Below, in pieces: positions 1-11,665 of a DNA stretch of 64,000 bases. Numbering within the stretch: position 1 is the stretch's first letter; the number at the start of each line of letters is the position of its first letter. The position numbers and the translations under genes are program-made. The DNA lies in the NCBI RefSeq assembly GCF_038025025.1, contig NW_027117338.1, positions 1,612,001-1,676,000 on the forward strand. The letters run 5' to 3'. Below the pieces are notes generated by a model. That model searched no databases, was not told the origin of the DNA, and was given only the letters and a program-made list of their open reading frames with translations. This stretch comes from Phyllosticta citribraziliensis. Taxonomy: Eukaryota.

Positions 1-1383
1 TTTTCAATCGACTCTGGAAAGGCGTGGTCTGGCTCAGGCTACAACGGTGTCATTTGACTCTTGTACAGCACCTTTTGGCAAACTCAAAACTCAGACACCG
101 TTGCACCAAGTCACAAGAGAAAACAAAGTTCTTTCTAAAACTACCTACGAAGCAGCTGCCGTAGTTCGAAGTCAAATGCCGTGGCTACTACTGACACCTG
201 CCAAATTAGGAAAGGACGGCTATTCCGTCGTCGGTTTCGGCACAGTTCGGCATCTTGAGCTGAAGGAGGACAACGGGTGGAGACGCGGGGACTGGGTGAA
301 AAATTCTCCGCGCCTTCGCCCTGCGTTTGAAGTCCATACCTGGTGGATCACCATGGCTTGTCGACTAACATGCAGAAATACACGCGTTGTTCTCTTTTGT
401 ACAGCTGGACTCGTACAAATTCACAGCATCCAGGACTACAACACTGCATTTCCCGCCTTTTGTTCACACATTCTTAAGGCTGTTGCTCAAAAGCCTAGTC
501 TACAAGATCATTTATTTGCCAGGCTGAACAAGGTCACTGTAAAGCTCCATTGGGAATAATTCACCATCTTACTAACGCAGTCAGATGCCGGTCTTGGCCG
601 CACACCCGAAGACAATTGGACGATGATTGTCGGTCAAGGGGCGGTCCCCAAGTCTGACGGTGTGCTCGGCATCCTAGCTTTAAAGCGGACGTTACGTTCG
701 ATCTGCGTCCAGTCTCTTCGTAGTACCGTCTAGCCCTTGTCGAAAAATTGCACACGCCACTGTCGAAATACCGCGAAACGACTCATTCACTCGTGCTGGG
801 AACCGTGGATTGGACATCGTTTCAAAAGAAACGGGAAAAGAAAACACCTTATCCACGCGGGTATGCACGTTGGAGATCAAATGACGTTGGTGATTCGCTC
901 GGCAAGAAACCAATCCCTGCACTCTGCACCCCATTGCAACCGCGGAGAGAGAGCTTGATCCGGCGCCTCGCACTCGAGGACAGCCATCTGGGGAATTTTC
1001 TCGTTGGTGCGGGACCAATGACACCATCTTCACGAGGCCGAAAACAAAGTCAGCCGTAGTGTGCTATCATCGACCTCGACTCCCCGCATCCCTGCCGTTG
1101 CACCCTTAGCTCACCCACTATTCGCATGCAAGTTTATCAGCGATACCCATGCACTGAAGACCAATCGTCCATCTCGTAGTCGTACCATCGACTGGCTCCG
1201 CAACAAAAAGGGCAATATTGGCAGCCGCCTCATCCTCGATGCTGACCAGGCACACGCGATAGTAGGACAGAGCGCGCATGGATGGTGGGCTTGGAGGCTC
1301 GACAAGAGGGACTTTAAACGCAAGCCTCTCCCGCAAGCTTGTCCAGCCAGTCAGCCCTTTGGCGTCTGCTTGGTACCGCCATC

Positions 1384-3603
1384 ATGAAGATGCTCAAACG
1401 TCTTTGGAACCAACGGCTTCCCTCGTCGCCGACGTCTTCGACTCCGGACAATACGAGCGCGGACGCCGTCTCATATCGCGACAATGCCAAAATCGAGGCA
1501 AACATCAAAATCGATCCAGCGGAGCATGAACAACATGGCGCGAACCGGCCCATTGGTGTTGCCAAAGTGGAAGCTGTCCAGGCGCTTTACGGCAAATATG
1601 GCAAATACTGTCTTTGGTTGGGCCTGGCCATGATCATGATTGGCTTGTAAGTTTTCTTAAGGGTACCTTCTGTATGAAAAAAAATCTGAACTTGGATACA
1701 GTGAACTCGACAACAGTCTGGTCTACACATATCAAAACTACGGCACATCAGCCTTCAACAGCCTGTCCCTCCTGAGCACGCTCTCCACGGCCGGCACCAT
1801 TGTGAGCGCAGTCATCAAGCCGCCAGTCGCCAAAATCAGCGATGTCATCGGGCGTGGAGAGACGTACCTTTTCACCGTCTCCTTCTACCTCCTCTCCTAC
1901 GTCCTAACAGCCGCCTCTAAAAACATAAATACCTATGCTGCAGGCAAAATGTTTTACAGTGTCGGCCAATCTGGCACCAACATCTTGAATTCTGTCGTCT
2001 TTTCCGATGTCTCGACGCCCAGGTGGCGTGGCTTCGTCATTGGAATATCCTTTACCCCGTTTTTGATCATGCCGTGGATCTCGGCCTTTATTGTCGACGA
2101 TGTCACTAAGCCTGATGGGGTTGGTTGGAGGTGGGGCATTGGCATGTTTGCCATTATCATGGTGAGCTTCTCTCATTTCAATTTCTTCCCATAATTTTTT
2201 ACCAATTGCCCTTTTGCCGTCGCTCGCAAAGTTCTCAAACTGACAATACTCCAGCCAGTCGCAACGGGTCCGCTCATCGGAACGCTGCTCTACTTCCAAC
2301 GCAAAGCCAAAAAGTCTGGCCTCGTGCCCAGAGTCAAGATCAGCGTGTGGGAGTTTTGCTCACTCATCGATCTCGGCGGCATGATCCTTCTGTGCGGCGG
2401 CTTCGCCATGCTGCTCTTGCCCTTCACGCTAGCGGCGTCGACGCCGGGCAAGTGGTCGACGCCGTGGGTCGACGTGCTGATTGCGCTCGGAGTGGTGCTC
2501 CTGGTCGCACTTGTGCCGTACGAGAAGTACGTTGCGAAGCACCCGGTGGTGCCGGTGCACTATGGCAAGAACCTGACGATCGTGCTCGCGTGTACGCTTG
2601 CGGGCATTGACCAGATTGGCTTCTCGGCCACGCACACGTACTTGTATGCTTGGGCGACTGTGGCACACAATTACTCGGCGCGTGATGCGACCTTCCTTGT
2701 AAGTCAGAGCGCTATTCACGCACACGGGGAAGACAAAAGGGGGCAGGAATGTTGGAAGAGATGGCAGAGCAAGACATGCTAATCTCTCCTCGTCTTGCAG
2801 CAATACACCAACGGCGTGACCGAATGCCTGGCCGGCATCGTCGCCGGCATCATCATGTACAAGACGCGCCGCTACAAGTGGCTGACGATGCTGGGCGTCA
2901 TAGTCCGCTGCATCGGCTACGGCGTCATGATCCGGCTGCGCGGCGCGCACAACAGCACCGCGGAGCTCTTCATCGTCCAGCTCATCCAAGGCATCGGGTC
3001 GGGCTTCATCCAGCAAATCGCCCTCGTCGCCGCTCAGGTCGTCGTGCCGCACGCCGAACTCGCCCAGATCTCGTCGCTCGTCTTGCTCATTTCGTTCCTG
3101 GGCTCGGCCGTCGGAAGTTGCGTCGCTGGTGGCATCTATACGAATGAGTTCAAGGTCTTTTTGAGGAGGTACTTGGCCGAGGGTACGCCGCAGAGCGTGA
3201 TTGATCAGGTGTACGATTCCATCACTGGAACTCTTCCAGAGTGGGGCTCGGCGCAGCGCGAGGCAATTAATTTGGCGGTACGGCACTTTTCCCCTTCTTG
3301 CGTGGCGTGTGGTTTGGCTGACTTTCTTGCAGTACTCGGAAGTCATGAAGAAAATCACCATTGTCGGGTTTGCCGTCGCGGTGCCGTTGATTCTGTGCGC
3401 CTGGTTCCTGCCAAACCTCGAACTGCAGTGAGTTCAATACCATTAGATGAACTTAGAGCAGAGACTGACTTGAGCACAGGGACATGGCCATTTTGTCCAT
3501 GTTTGAGGGTGGCGCGGAGCCGACGGAGAGGCGCGATGAAAGTGTCGAGATGGATGCTGCCGGGTCCAAATCGGATTCCCTCGCGAAAGTCAGGACTGGG
3601 TAG
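1384..3603 (+). CDS. MFS siderophore-iron transporter (SIT/ARN family, Sit1/MirB-like), 6 exons
   Basis: Spliced translation gives the family motifs ELDNSLVYTYQNY..SAF, KPPVAKISDVIGRGE, WRWGIGMFAII and RRYKWL. Inferred GT-AG introns: 1647-1701, 2162-2254, 2699-2800, 3278-3332, 3428-3479. Stop TAG at 3601-3603. Confidence 0.9.
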
Positions 3604-4320
3604 GCTTTGGAATGCATTCTTTGCGATACCTGATAGACATTTTCAGCTGTCCAGTAGAGTTGGATGGACCGTCACGGGTTGACGACTTAGTGGGGTTGCA
3701 TCTTGCTCCTATATGTAGAGGTCGGACTACTTACATTCTCAATCAGATACCTAGAGGGGGGAATGGGATGATGTCGTTGAAGCGTTCGTAACTCATGCAG
3801 TCAAGCCTTCTACTTCTCCTGTGCAATGTGGGTACGCAGGAGCATTCCATACAAACCCCAAAGATTCTTGCAGCAAACTTTTCGAGACAATGATGCGATT
3901 TTCCCGTTTCAGAAAGGGACTTTCGAGAAAGAGCCAGATGCAAGGCGCAAACTCCAACCCGTGTTGAGCGTCTCAACTGGAAAGTTGCTGAACTCAGGGA
4001 GATGACATTCAGCACTACTCGAACGGACCCAGAGGGTGGCCAAATCCGCTGTGGTGCGGCGTAGAAAAATGGAGACGAAGGCGAGCATGTTGAGGCCACG
4101 AGGGTCACTCCGTACTGAGAAATAGTTGACCTCTACGGAAATTTGAGCTTCGGGCCTGGCATCTGGCATCACAGGACTGGAATTTTGCAACTACCGAAAC
4201 GCCACGTATCTGTGATTTGAGGCCCGTTCCGCAAGTCCGTAGGCTGGCCGCTAGCCGGACAGGCACATCCATCGCATCACAATCCGTCATGATTCCCTCT
4301 CCGAAAGCTTTGAGCCCACA

Positions 4321-4619
4321 TCAATTGCCTTGGATATCCTGCGTGGCTCCCAGGCAATCCTTCTTCAAGTGGCCGACCTTGCCGCAGGTGAAGCAAGAAC
4401 GACGAGGGCACTTTCTCTTGATGTGGCCGATCTCTCCGCAAACGAAGCACGCACGGTAGTTAGGGCCATTTTTAACAACCGCGTTGGAGGCTGTACGGAA
4501 GGTAGTGGTCTAATCCCCACCTTCGGATTCGCGCTCAGCAATGAATGCTCCTTGGGTGTTTGGGCTTTTTGATGCGGCTATCGTGAACGAGATGGACGCT
4601 TTTGCCTTAGTGGACCCAT
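4321..4619 (-). pseudogene. Decayed gene or gag-like remnant with two tandem CCHC zinc knuckles
   Basis: Minus strand 4449-4354 reads [32 protein letters not shown]. The frame is closed by TAG at 4510-4512 and TGA at 4321-4323, with no in-frame ATG. An intron-like segment lies at 4637-4693 and an out-of-frame ATG at 4619. Confidence 0.6.
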
Positions 4620-4840
4620 GTTCGGCTACTGCCGCCCTGAGGAAAACTTAGATGACTATCTCCTCATCTCTTGGGGCGCAAAAGTCGACTTACGTGAATG
4701 TACACAGTCGTGGTGAGAGAAGGTGTGAGGGAAGTGGTCGGATGGTTGTTGTGGACGAGACTGAGGAAGAAGAGGCAGAAAGGGGAAGTCGGTGCCTTCC
4801 GTGCAGAACCAAAAGCAGCCACGATCGCTCCACACCCCAA

Positions 4841-6730
4841 TCATTCCAGCTTCCCGAGCCTCTTCATCCTGACAAAATCATCCATCTTCTCGCGGGTCAA
4901 GTAGTGCCTTCTGACTACTTCAGGCTTGATATCGCCCTCAAGCGCGGAATCCGTCAACGGCCTCGCCACCATGCGGGCGAATTCGCATAGCTCCCGAACC
5001 TGCTGGATGGTCAAATCCTCACCGTCGTCGCGCATCACCACAACGCTCCCGATGATGCCGTAGTGAGCCTGCCATTGCGGTGGTGGCCAGCCCCAACCGT
5101 CGCTCGATGTATCGTGGAGTTGATGAAGCAGCAGCGTCGCCTCCGGGTTGAAAGTCTCAGTCTTTTGATCGCCATGCTCGCGCACCACGCGACGCAGGTG
5201 GAGCGGCATGTCGACGAGCTGCGAAATGTGAGAGGCGTGGTAGGATTTAGACGAGGGCACTTTCGAGCAACAGTAGGTCGCCGCGTCGGTCACTGGCAAC
5301 ACAACGTGCTTGAATTTGGCAGAGCCACCGTGAAGGTCGCCTTCGCAGGCGATGCGCACGCACTGGACGGTGCTCTTGTCGTCAGTCGTTGGGGGGCTTG
5401 TTTTCTTCGACTCTTCGTCATCGCCCTGTTCGCCGAGAATGCTCTCGTCGTCGGTCGTTGGGAGGTTTGTTTTCTTCGACTCTTTGTCATCGCCCTGTGC
5501 GCCGAGAATGCTCTCGTTGTCGGTCGATGGGGGGCTTTCATCACCCCCTTCGCCGAAAATTCTCTTGTCGTCAGTCGTTGGCGGGTTTGTTTTCTTCGAC
5601 TCTTTGTCATCGCCCTGTTCACCGAGAATGTTCTCGTCTTCAGTCGATGGGGGGCTTTCATCATCCCCTTCGCCGAAAAGGCTTTTCGGTTGCTTGTCAT
5701 CGTCCCCGTCGCCGAAAAGGCTCTTCGGCTGCTTAACATCCTCCCCGTCGCCGAAAATACTCTTCGGTTGCTTGACATCCTCCCCGTCGCCGAAAATACT
5801 CTTCGGTTGCTTGACATCCTCCCCGTCGCTGAAAATGCTCTTCGGCTGCTTGGCATCCTCCCCTTCGCCGAAGATACTCTTCGGTTGCTGGACATCCTCC
5901 CCATCGCCGAAGATACTCTTTGGTTGCTTGACATCCTCCCCATCACCGGAAATGCTCTTCGGTTGCTTGGCATCCTCCCCTTCGCCGGAAATGCTTTTCT
6001 GTTCCTTGCCATCGTCCTCGTGGTCGGAAATGTTATCGCTGAGGACAAGTTTGCGGAAGTCGGCAGCAAGGTCAAAGTTCGACTCGAAGGGCTTCGAAGG
6101 GAGCAGGTAGCTATGGTCCTTGTAGACTGGATTGCCGAATGCGATCAAGAAGTCGATAATGTCCAGGTAGTCCCTAGCCTCTATGTCTCCATAATCCAGC
6201 TCATCTGGAGTGAAACCGATCTTCTTCAAGAAAATGACTGGACCCTTGAAGTCGTAGAAGTTGCGGACGTCGGTCGCCTCACGGACGCTGTAGTTGATTG
6301 TATTACGTTCGCAAAAGTTGACGACGAGGGTGTGTTTCAGATCACGGTCGCGGCGGACGTTGCGTTGAAACCCAAGGCCGCTGACGGCGTCTTGGGTGCA
6401 TGCCAGGAAATCAGCGATCGTGCGAGCGGTAGAAAGGCGCGTCTTTCCTTCATCATCCGGGTCCTGCATGCGTTGAGTTTCAAGCCAGACAAGGCGTGGC
6501 TTCTCATCGTCGGGCTTGAAAAGGATGGCGCGCTTGAAGTCGCCCTCCGGCCGCTCGAGATTGTCCACGACTTGAGAGCAAATGTTTTTGTGGCTCTTCC
6601 AATCAGAATGTTGGCACTTCTTGCAGCAGTAGGCGACAGAGTGGCAAGCCGAGCAAAGACGTCCTTCCGAGTGAAGACATATCAGGCAAGGGTCTGGCGG
6701 TCCTGACGGAGGAGACTGCTCGTCGGCCAT
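4841..6730 (-). CDS. MYND zinc-finger protein with acidic internal tandem repeats (629 aa)
   Basis: N-terminal CLIC..CSACHSVAYCCKKCQHSDWKSHKNIC is a zf-MYND signature. Single long ORF. Confidence 0.85.
   Translation of the reverse strand: MADEQSPPSGPPDPCLICLHSEGRLCSACHSVAYCCKKCQHSDWKSHKNICSQVVDNLERPEGDFKRAILFKPDDEKPRLVWLETQRMQDPDDEGKTRLSTARTIADFLACTQDAVSGLGFQRNVRRDRDLKHTLVVNFCERNTINYSVREATDVRNFYDFKGPVIFLKKIGFTPDELDYGDIEARDYLDIIDFLIAFGNPVYKDHSYLLPSKPFESNFDLAADFRKLVLSDNISDHEDDGKEQKSISGEGEDAKQPKSISGDGEDVKQPKSIFGDGEDVQQPKSIFGEGEDAKQPKSIFSDGEDVKQPKSIFGDGEDVKQPKSIFGDGEDVKQPKSLFGDGDDDKQPKSLFGEGDDESPPSTEDENILGEQGDDKESKKTNPPTTDDKRIFGEGGDESPPSTDNESILGAQGDDKESKKTNLPTTDDESILGEQGDDEESKKTSPPTTDDKSTVQCVRIACEGDLHGGSAKFKHVVLPVTDAATYCCSKVPSSKSYHASHISQLVDMPLHLRRVVREHGDQKTETFNPEATLLLHQLHDTSSDGWGWPPPQWQAHYGIIGSVVVMRDDGEDLTIQQVRELCEFARMVARPLTDSALEGDIKPEVVRRHYLTREKMDDFVRMKRLGKLE
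5370..6020 (-). repeat. Coding minisatellite: ~9 x 39 bp (KQPKSIFGDGEDV) plus 69/120-bp higher-order units
   Basis: GCCGAA-type unit starts every 39 bp from 5672 to 5984. TTGTTTTCTTCGACTC recurs at 5398, 5467 and 5587. Confidence 0.95.
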
Positions 6731-7216
6731 GGTGTGGGCTTGGTGGCGATGAGAGGTGGCTCAAGGGCTCAGATAAAAAGAGATTGTCGCTGTTGACTTT
6801 GATTGGTCAGCATCGGCCGTTGTCAGAGCAGAATGGGAGGATGTTTGTGGTGAGAAGAAGGTGAGGAGTTGGACTATATTTGACTGAAGAGTGGAGCGTT
6901 CGAAGGACCAACCTTGAGCAAGAGGAAAATACCACAGGGCCCCTCAAGTGAAGAGTGCAGCCACTGCTGTGAGATAGCCGATGTGTCTGTATTGTAGTAA
7001 GCAACGATATCATGTGTTTACGGTTGCCAAACCTCTGACAAGTCGCGAGAGAAAGGGTTTGTTGTCTATCCTCAAAAAGGAAAGAAGCTTGTTAAATCAC
7101 CAGGACGCGCTTTCCCCGCCCTCTCTTGCCACGAACGACGGAAATTCAAAAGGTAAGAAACTCTAACAAGTCTATGTATTCACTGATGCTCGACGAGAAA
7201 ATGCAGGCCCAATGAA

Positions 7217-9123
7217 TCAATCACCTCTCCCAGCAGCGTCTGTACCACGAGCCTCGTTCTTCACTGCTCGGCTCCTGCGCCACTTTACCCCTCTGATATG
7301 CAGCAGCACAATAGGAAGAAATCCTGCGGCAAACACAATTGCGGCCATGACCCCTCCGGTCGCACTCATGCCCAAGCCTGCAATCATGTCCGGGGCAAAG
7401 AATGGCACGATGAAACCCCACTATTTGTCTCGTTAGTACTCAATGCGTGATATTTTGGCCCGAGCAGATACTCACTGTGCTACGAATCAAGTTGACAAAT
7501 ACTCCAATGCTTGAAGAAGCTCCTGGATGGCAGTCGACGGCATAGGTGACGAGAACCGTCGTGATGATCTGGTTTCCCACAGCCGATATGGCGATCCCGA
7601 CGATTGGCGTCACATTCCAATGCAGGTGCTTCGCGTCCTCAGTTTGTACACCGAAGACAATGAGACCAACAATCACCAAGAGAAATCCAAAGTAGCTCAG
7701 CCACAGGCGGTACTCGGGTGCTGGCCTGATTTGGCCGCTTTTCTTCGTCCTTCGATTTATCCAAAAGTCGCTGAGAGGGCCACCCAATTGCTCGCCGATC
7801 ATGGAGCCAATGATCAGGCCCAAGAACTGGAGACCAATCTGCTGAGGGTTGAAGGCAAACTTCTCGATAAAGATTTGTGGAATCTCCACGGTGAGGAAGA
7901 CACTAGCGAATCCAAAGACCATCGTGTATGCAAAAGTGGGAATCATTACGGAGGTGTACTTGGCCAGGCTTGCTGGTTGTAAGAACTCATACCAGTGGAG
8001 CGGCTTCGGGTCAAGGCGCTGGAACGTGAGGTACTCCCGTTTGAAGGTGCTGCCAGTGTGTTTGACGCCTTGGCGAATGTAACGCGTCTCAGGGCCAAAA
8101 AAGAAATAGCCGACAAACTGGACAGCGTTGATCTGGATCGATTAGTGGACGTACTCGAGTGTCGATTTTCCCACATACTATTGTGAATATCCAGAAAATC
8201 CAGCGGTACCCGACATGATACGCCACAAACCCCATGATGAACGGTCCGGTTGGCGGGCCAAGAGTGACCATAAGCCTTGGTAAGTCAGTGGCGCATTCCA
8301 GAAAAGCTTGGTTTGACATACGCCCAAATACCCATGTACCGACCCCGATCTTTTTTGAAGAAAGTTTCCACGACAACACCACTACCAATCGCGATTGCAG
8401 GGCTGATGAAGAAGGCAACCAAGCAACGACAAGCTGCCATGGCTGCATAGCTGTGACTCACGGCACACCCGATGTTGCAAACGGCAGATAATAACGTTGA
8501 CAGCAGCCATACAGGTCTTCGTCCATATCTGTAGGATATTGGCTTCCAGAAAAGGGGTGCGTATCCAAGCACTGCAATTTGCATCGAAGTCAGGTAAGAC
8601 GCTCTTTGCAAAGTGCAGCCGAGATCTTCTGCTATGGACTCGAAAGCGGGAATGATGCCCGCGGCAGTGAAGGTCGTCATCATGGCGTGGAAGGCGACGA
8701 GAAAGAGGTTGGCATTTTTCTGCAAAGTTGTCAGCAAAGTTTGAATCGATGCATGGAAGTCCTCGTCTCTAGCTCCCTGTCTTGAGACCTGGTAAAAGAC
8801 GAGGACTTTGGTACAGAGAGCAAGCGATTATTTCTACGAGCTAATGGAAAACATAGGGGGAATCATACCTTCCAATCAGGCCAGTTGTAAGGATCTGCTG
8901 GATCTTGCGAGGGCAAAGGGTCCAGAGTCAGAGTGCCATGTCGTTGAAGAAGATACTGGCGGTGTTCGTTTGGCAAGTGCGAGGCCTCCCCATCTCCAAG
9001 ATAGGTGGACTGCAAATGCAGCGACTCTGCGTTTTCAACGTCTTTTTCCGACCCGTTGTTGGGAGACTCCATGTTCTCTTGCCTGTAGGCGGCAGATTTC
9101 TCGTCTTCTGCGGTGGCAGACAT
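7217..9123 (-). CDS. MFS transporter (DHA1-like drug:H+ antiporter family), 5 exons
   Basis: Motifs DPADPYNWPDWK, PLFWKPISYRYGRRPV, GPFIMGFV..GYRWIFW and PEYRLW. Inferred introns 8720-8868, 8276-8321, 8133-8178, 7421-7475. Confidence 0.88.
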
Positions 9124-10544
9124 GACTGCTTTGTAGGAGACGAAACTTTGCACAACGAATAGAAATTACGAGACAGAATGAGACGCAAGCAGTGTGACGA
9201 GAAGGTGGAAACTGAGTATGCAAGAGCATTCAAGATAACCATTCCGCAAGTCGGACCTAGAAGTAGTTGAGGGACTGTGCATCACTTCTCCACAAAAAGT
9301 GCGGCTTACCCCCGCATTCCCCAGACGCCATCACTCTCCAGAGTACGCGAGTTGCCGCATCATCAACAAAGACGTGTCTCCTGTATGGCTGGAACTTTCC
9401 ACTCTTGGCGGATCGCTGCCTCTTCTAGATAGATGTCCGCAGCTGTGGCTGCAGCGGGGGAGCCGCCGGGGCTCAATTGACACAATGTGCCGTGAAACCT
9501 AACCGTGGTCGTTGACGTATCCGCCTAAGCAGAGCTACCCCGAGGTCGACAAGGAGGAAAGATATCCGAGCAGTTCGACCGAGACCCGAGCTCTTGAATG
9601 CCTGACGCAGCAGGAAGGAAAAGCCATCTTCAAGTGATGATTAGCTCTTTTCCCGATTGCGGTGGAGCAAGTGATGCGCAGCGTGCGGTCCTTGGAAATG
9701 AGGTCAAACAAAGGGGCCGGTCTCGCAGAGTTGTGGTGTTTGTCTTAAGTAAAGGGATGAAACGAGGAAAAAACAAGGTGAGGCAACTTTTAGGGATCTC
9801 GGGCTGTGATACCCCCGCACTTGGCAGATGAGCTTGACTCTTCCAGCGCTCTCACAGAGGTCTTCGGCCAGACCCACATCCTGACCCGCACGGGCATATC
9901 CGCTATTCAGTTCCAGGCAAGAGATGCCCGGAGCAAGGCGCCACTGGAATCATCCGAATCCTCAACAAGAAACGCAATAGGCAGGTCAAATTGCTCTGAT
10001 TGGGCGTGCCCGGTCTGCTCGTATCTTGCATTCAAGGAGAGTCCGGCGATGGCAGTGTCGAGGATCGATGTCAATTTTCTCGGTGTTAAATCGATTAGAG
10101 TCTCGGTGTCTTTGGAAGTAGCAACCATCGGTATAGCGGTTCTGGAGAAGAATGGGTCTCGTCTTCAAATCGCGACAATCCAATCAACAAATGCCGCAGT
10201 GGAACATGAGGATCATTGTCCATCTTTGGATATTGTCGTCTCTGCGAGATAGCATGAATCCTGGATTCTCAGCGGCCAGCCTCAGAGTAAGAGGGGGCCG
10301 TAAGTTGCGGGATAGGACCGATTTGAGGGAGCAGAGGCAAAAGGTGTGGACGGTCTAGAATCCGGGACTCATCTTTGTCGGTTCCATGATGCATCATCAT
10401 AGCCTATACGGAGTACGCAGAGCGATAATTCTGAAGATGGGGATTGTGCAATGAAACCGAACGCTTGGGCGATTGGTCAACTTTCAGGCAGTCGGAAAAT
10501 CCGAGGACATCTGGCCATGAACAAATGGTCGAGAGAGAGATGAA

Positions 10545-10681
10545 GCGGGGGGCGTTCGTTTACTGCCGCGGTGGCGCCTTGGGAGCAGTCGTCTTCCATC
10601 ACGTATGCGCTCGAGGAATCGTCGCTCGTTTCTGCAGCTGTATAAACCCAGGGAGTCTCATTTCTTTCGACACCCACAGTG
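10545..10681. repeat. Dispersed 33-bp-period array, copy with 4 units (homologous to 52845-52948)
   Basis: Cores end at 10559, 10592, 10625 and 10661. Two blocks match the 52.9-kb copy at 31/41 and 34/36 nt. Confidence 0.8.
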
Positions 10682-11036
10682 CGTCCCTGCTCACTGAAGA
10701 CAGAAAGTAACCTTCGTGGCAACAGGATTGTTTTCATCCGCTGTCGGTGGCTGCAGTGCTGCCTGAGGTCATGGCTCAACATGTACGCGTCCGGCGGTAC
10801 CGGATCCTTTGGTGTCGTCTGAGGTCGAAACAGGCGGCGGAGATGGCTCGCGTCATAATGTACTCTGTGGGTTGGAGATGATTCGTTGCAGAGGTTGATC
10901 GTATCAGATGGGGGACAGGGAGTAGACGAGCTCAGCCAGGCACGCCGGACGCGGTCTGCCAACGTGTCCAAGCTCCGATTCTTAGCACCACCGCAACAAA
11001 CTCCGAAACCTCTCTCGGACAACCGAATCAAACATC

Positions 11037-11489
11037 ATGCGCTTCATCACTCTGATCGCCACTTTCCTCCCGCTTGTCTTTGCTCTGGACAAGCCTCTTC
11101 ACATTGAGGTTACTCACGAGGTCGAGTGCAAACGCAAGACCGTCGCCGGAGACTCGGTTGACGTCCACTATCGCGGCACATTGGAGGATGGCACAGGTAC
11201 ACGAGCGCGTCAATTTGAATGTTTGGTGCAGGCTGACGCAATGATTGCAGAATTCGATGCTTCCTACAATCGTGGCCAGCCGCTCAGTTTCCCAGTCGGC
11301 AGCGGCCGTGTGATCAAAGGATGGGATCAGGGACTTCTTGACATGTGTCCTGGCGAGAAGAGAAAGTTGACAATCCAGCCGGAATGGGCATATGGTTCCA
11401 AGGGCATTGGACCCATTCCCGGAAACAGCGTTCTCATCTTTGAGACAGAGCTTGTGGGTATCAAAGGAGTCTCGAAAGATGAGTTGTAG
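11037..11489 (+). CDS. fpr2: ER FKBP-type peptidyl-prolyl isomerase (Fpr2/FKBP13-like)
   Basis: Signal peptide, VHYRGTLEDG..FDASY, VIKGWDQGL, IPGNSVLIFETEL and C-terminal KDEL. Intron 11197-11250. Confidence 0.93.
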   Translation: MRFITLIATFLPLVFALDKPLHIEVTHEVECKRKTVAGDSVDVHYRGTLEDGTGTRARQFECLVQADAMIAEFDASYNRGQPLSFPVGSGRVIKGWDQGLLDMCPGEKRKLTIQPEWAYGSKGIGPIPGNSVLIFETELVGIKGVSKDEL

Positions 11490-11665
11490 AACCATCAGCG
11501 GATGAGACTCTACCCACAGCCGTGCTATTCTCCGTACAATGGCGGGGAATGCTTGTTATCAATCGAAAGAGACGGCCCTTTATTGCATCGACCGACTATT
11601 CGTCAGAAGAAAATATGAACCCGGTATCTTGTTCCCTCCGTCTTGACGCTTGAAATGCCCCTCCC

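Noticed and set aside
5063..6706. Long antisense and alternative-frame ORFs over the MYND gene
   Set aside because: Explained by stop-free 39-bp tandem repeats and codon bias of the real gene.
10545..10600. HDV-like or hammerhead ribozyme fold for the dispersed repeat
   Set aside because: Candidate P1/P3 pairings in the 10.6-kb copy are not preserved in the 52.9-kb copy, and there is no CUGAUGA/GAAA core.
10545..10681. CRISPR array interpretation of the core/spacer arrays
   Set aside because: The locus is eukaryotic with no cas genes, the cores are degenerate, and the spacers are partly similar to each other. This fits a minisatellite-like origin better.
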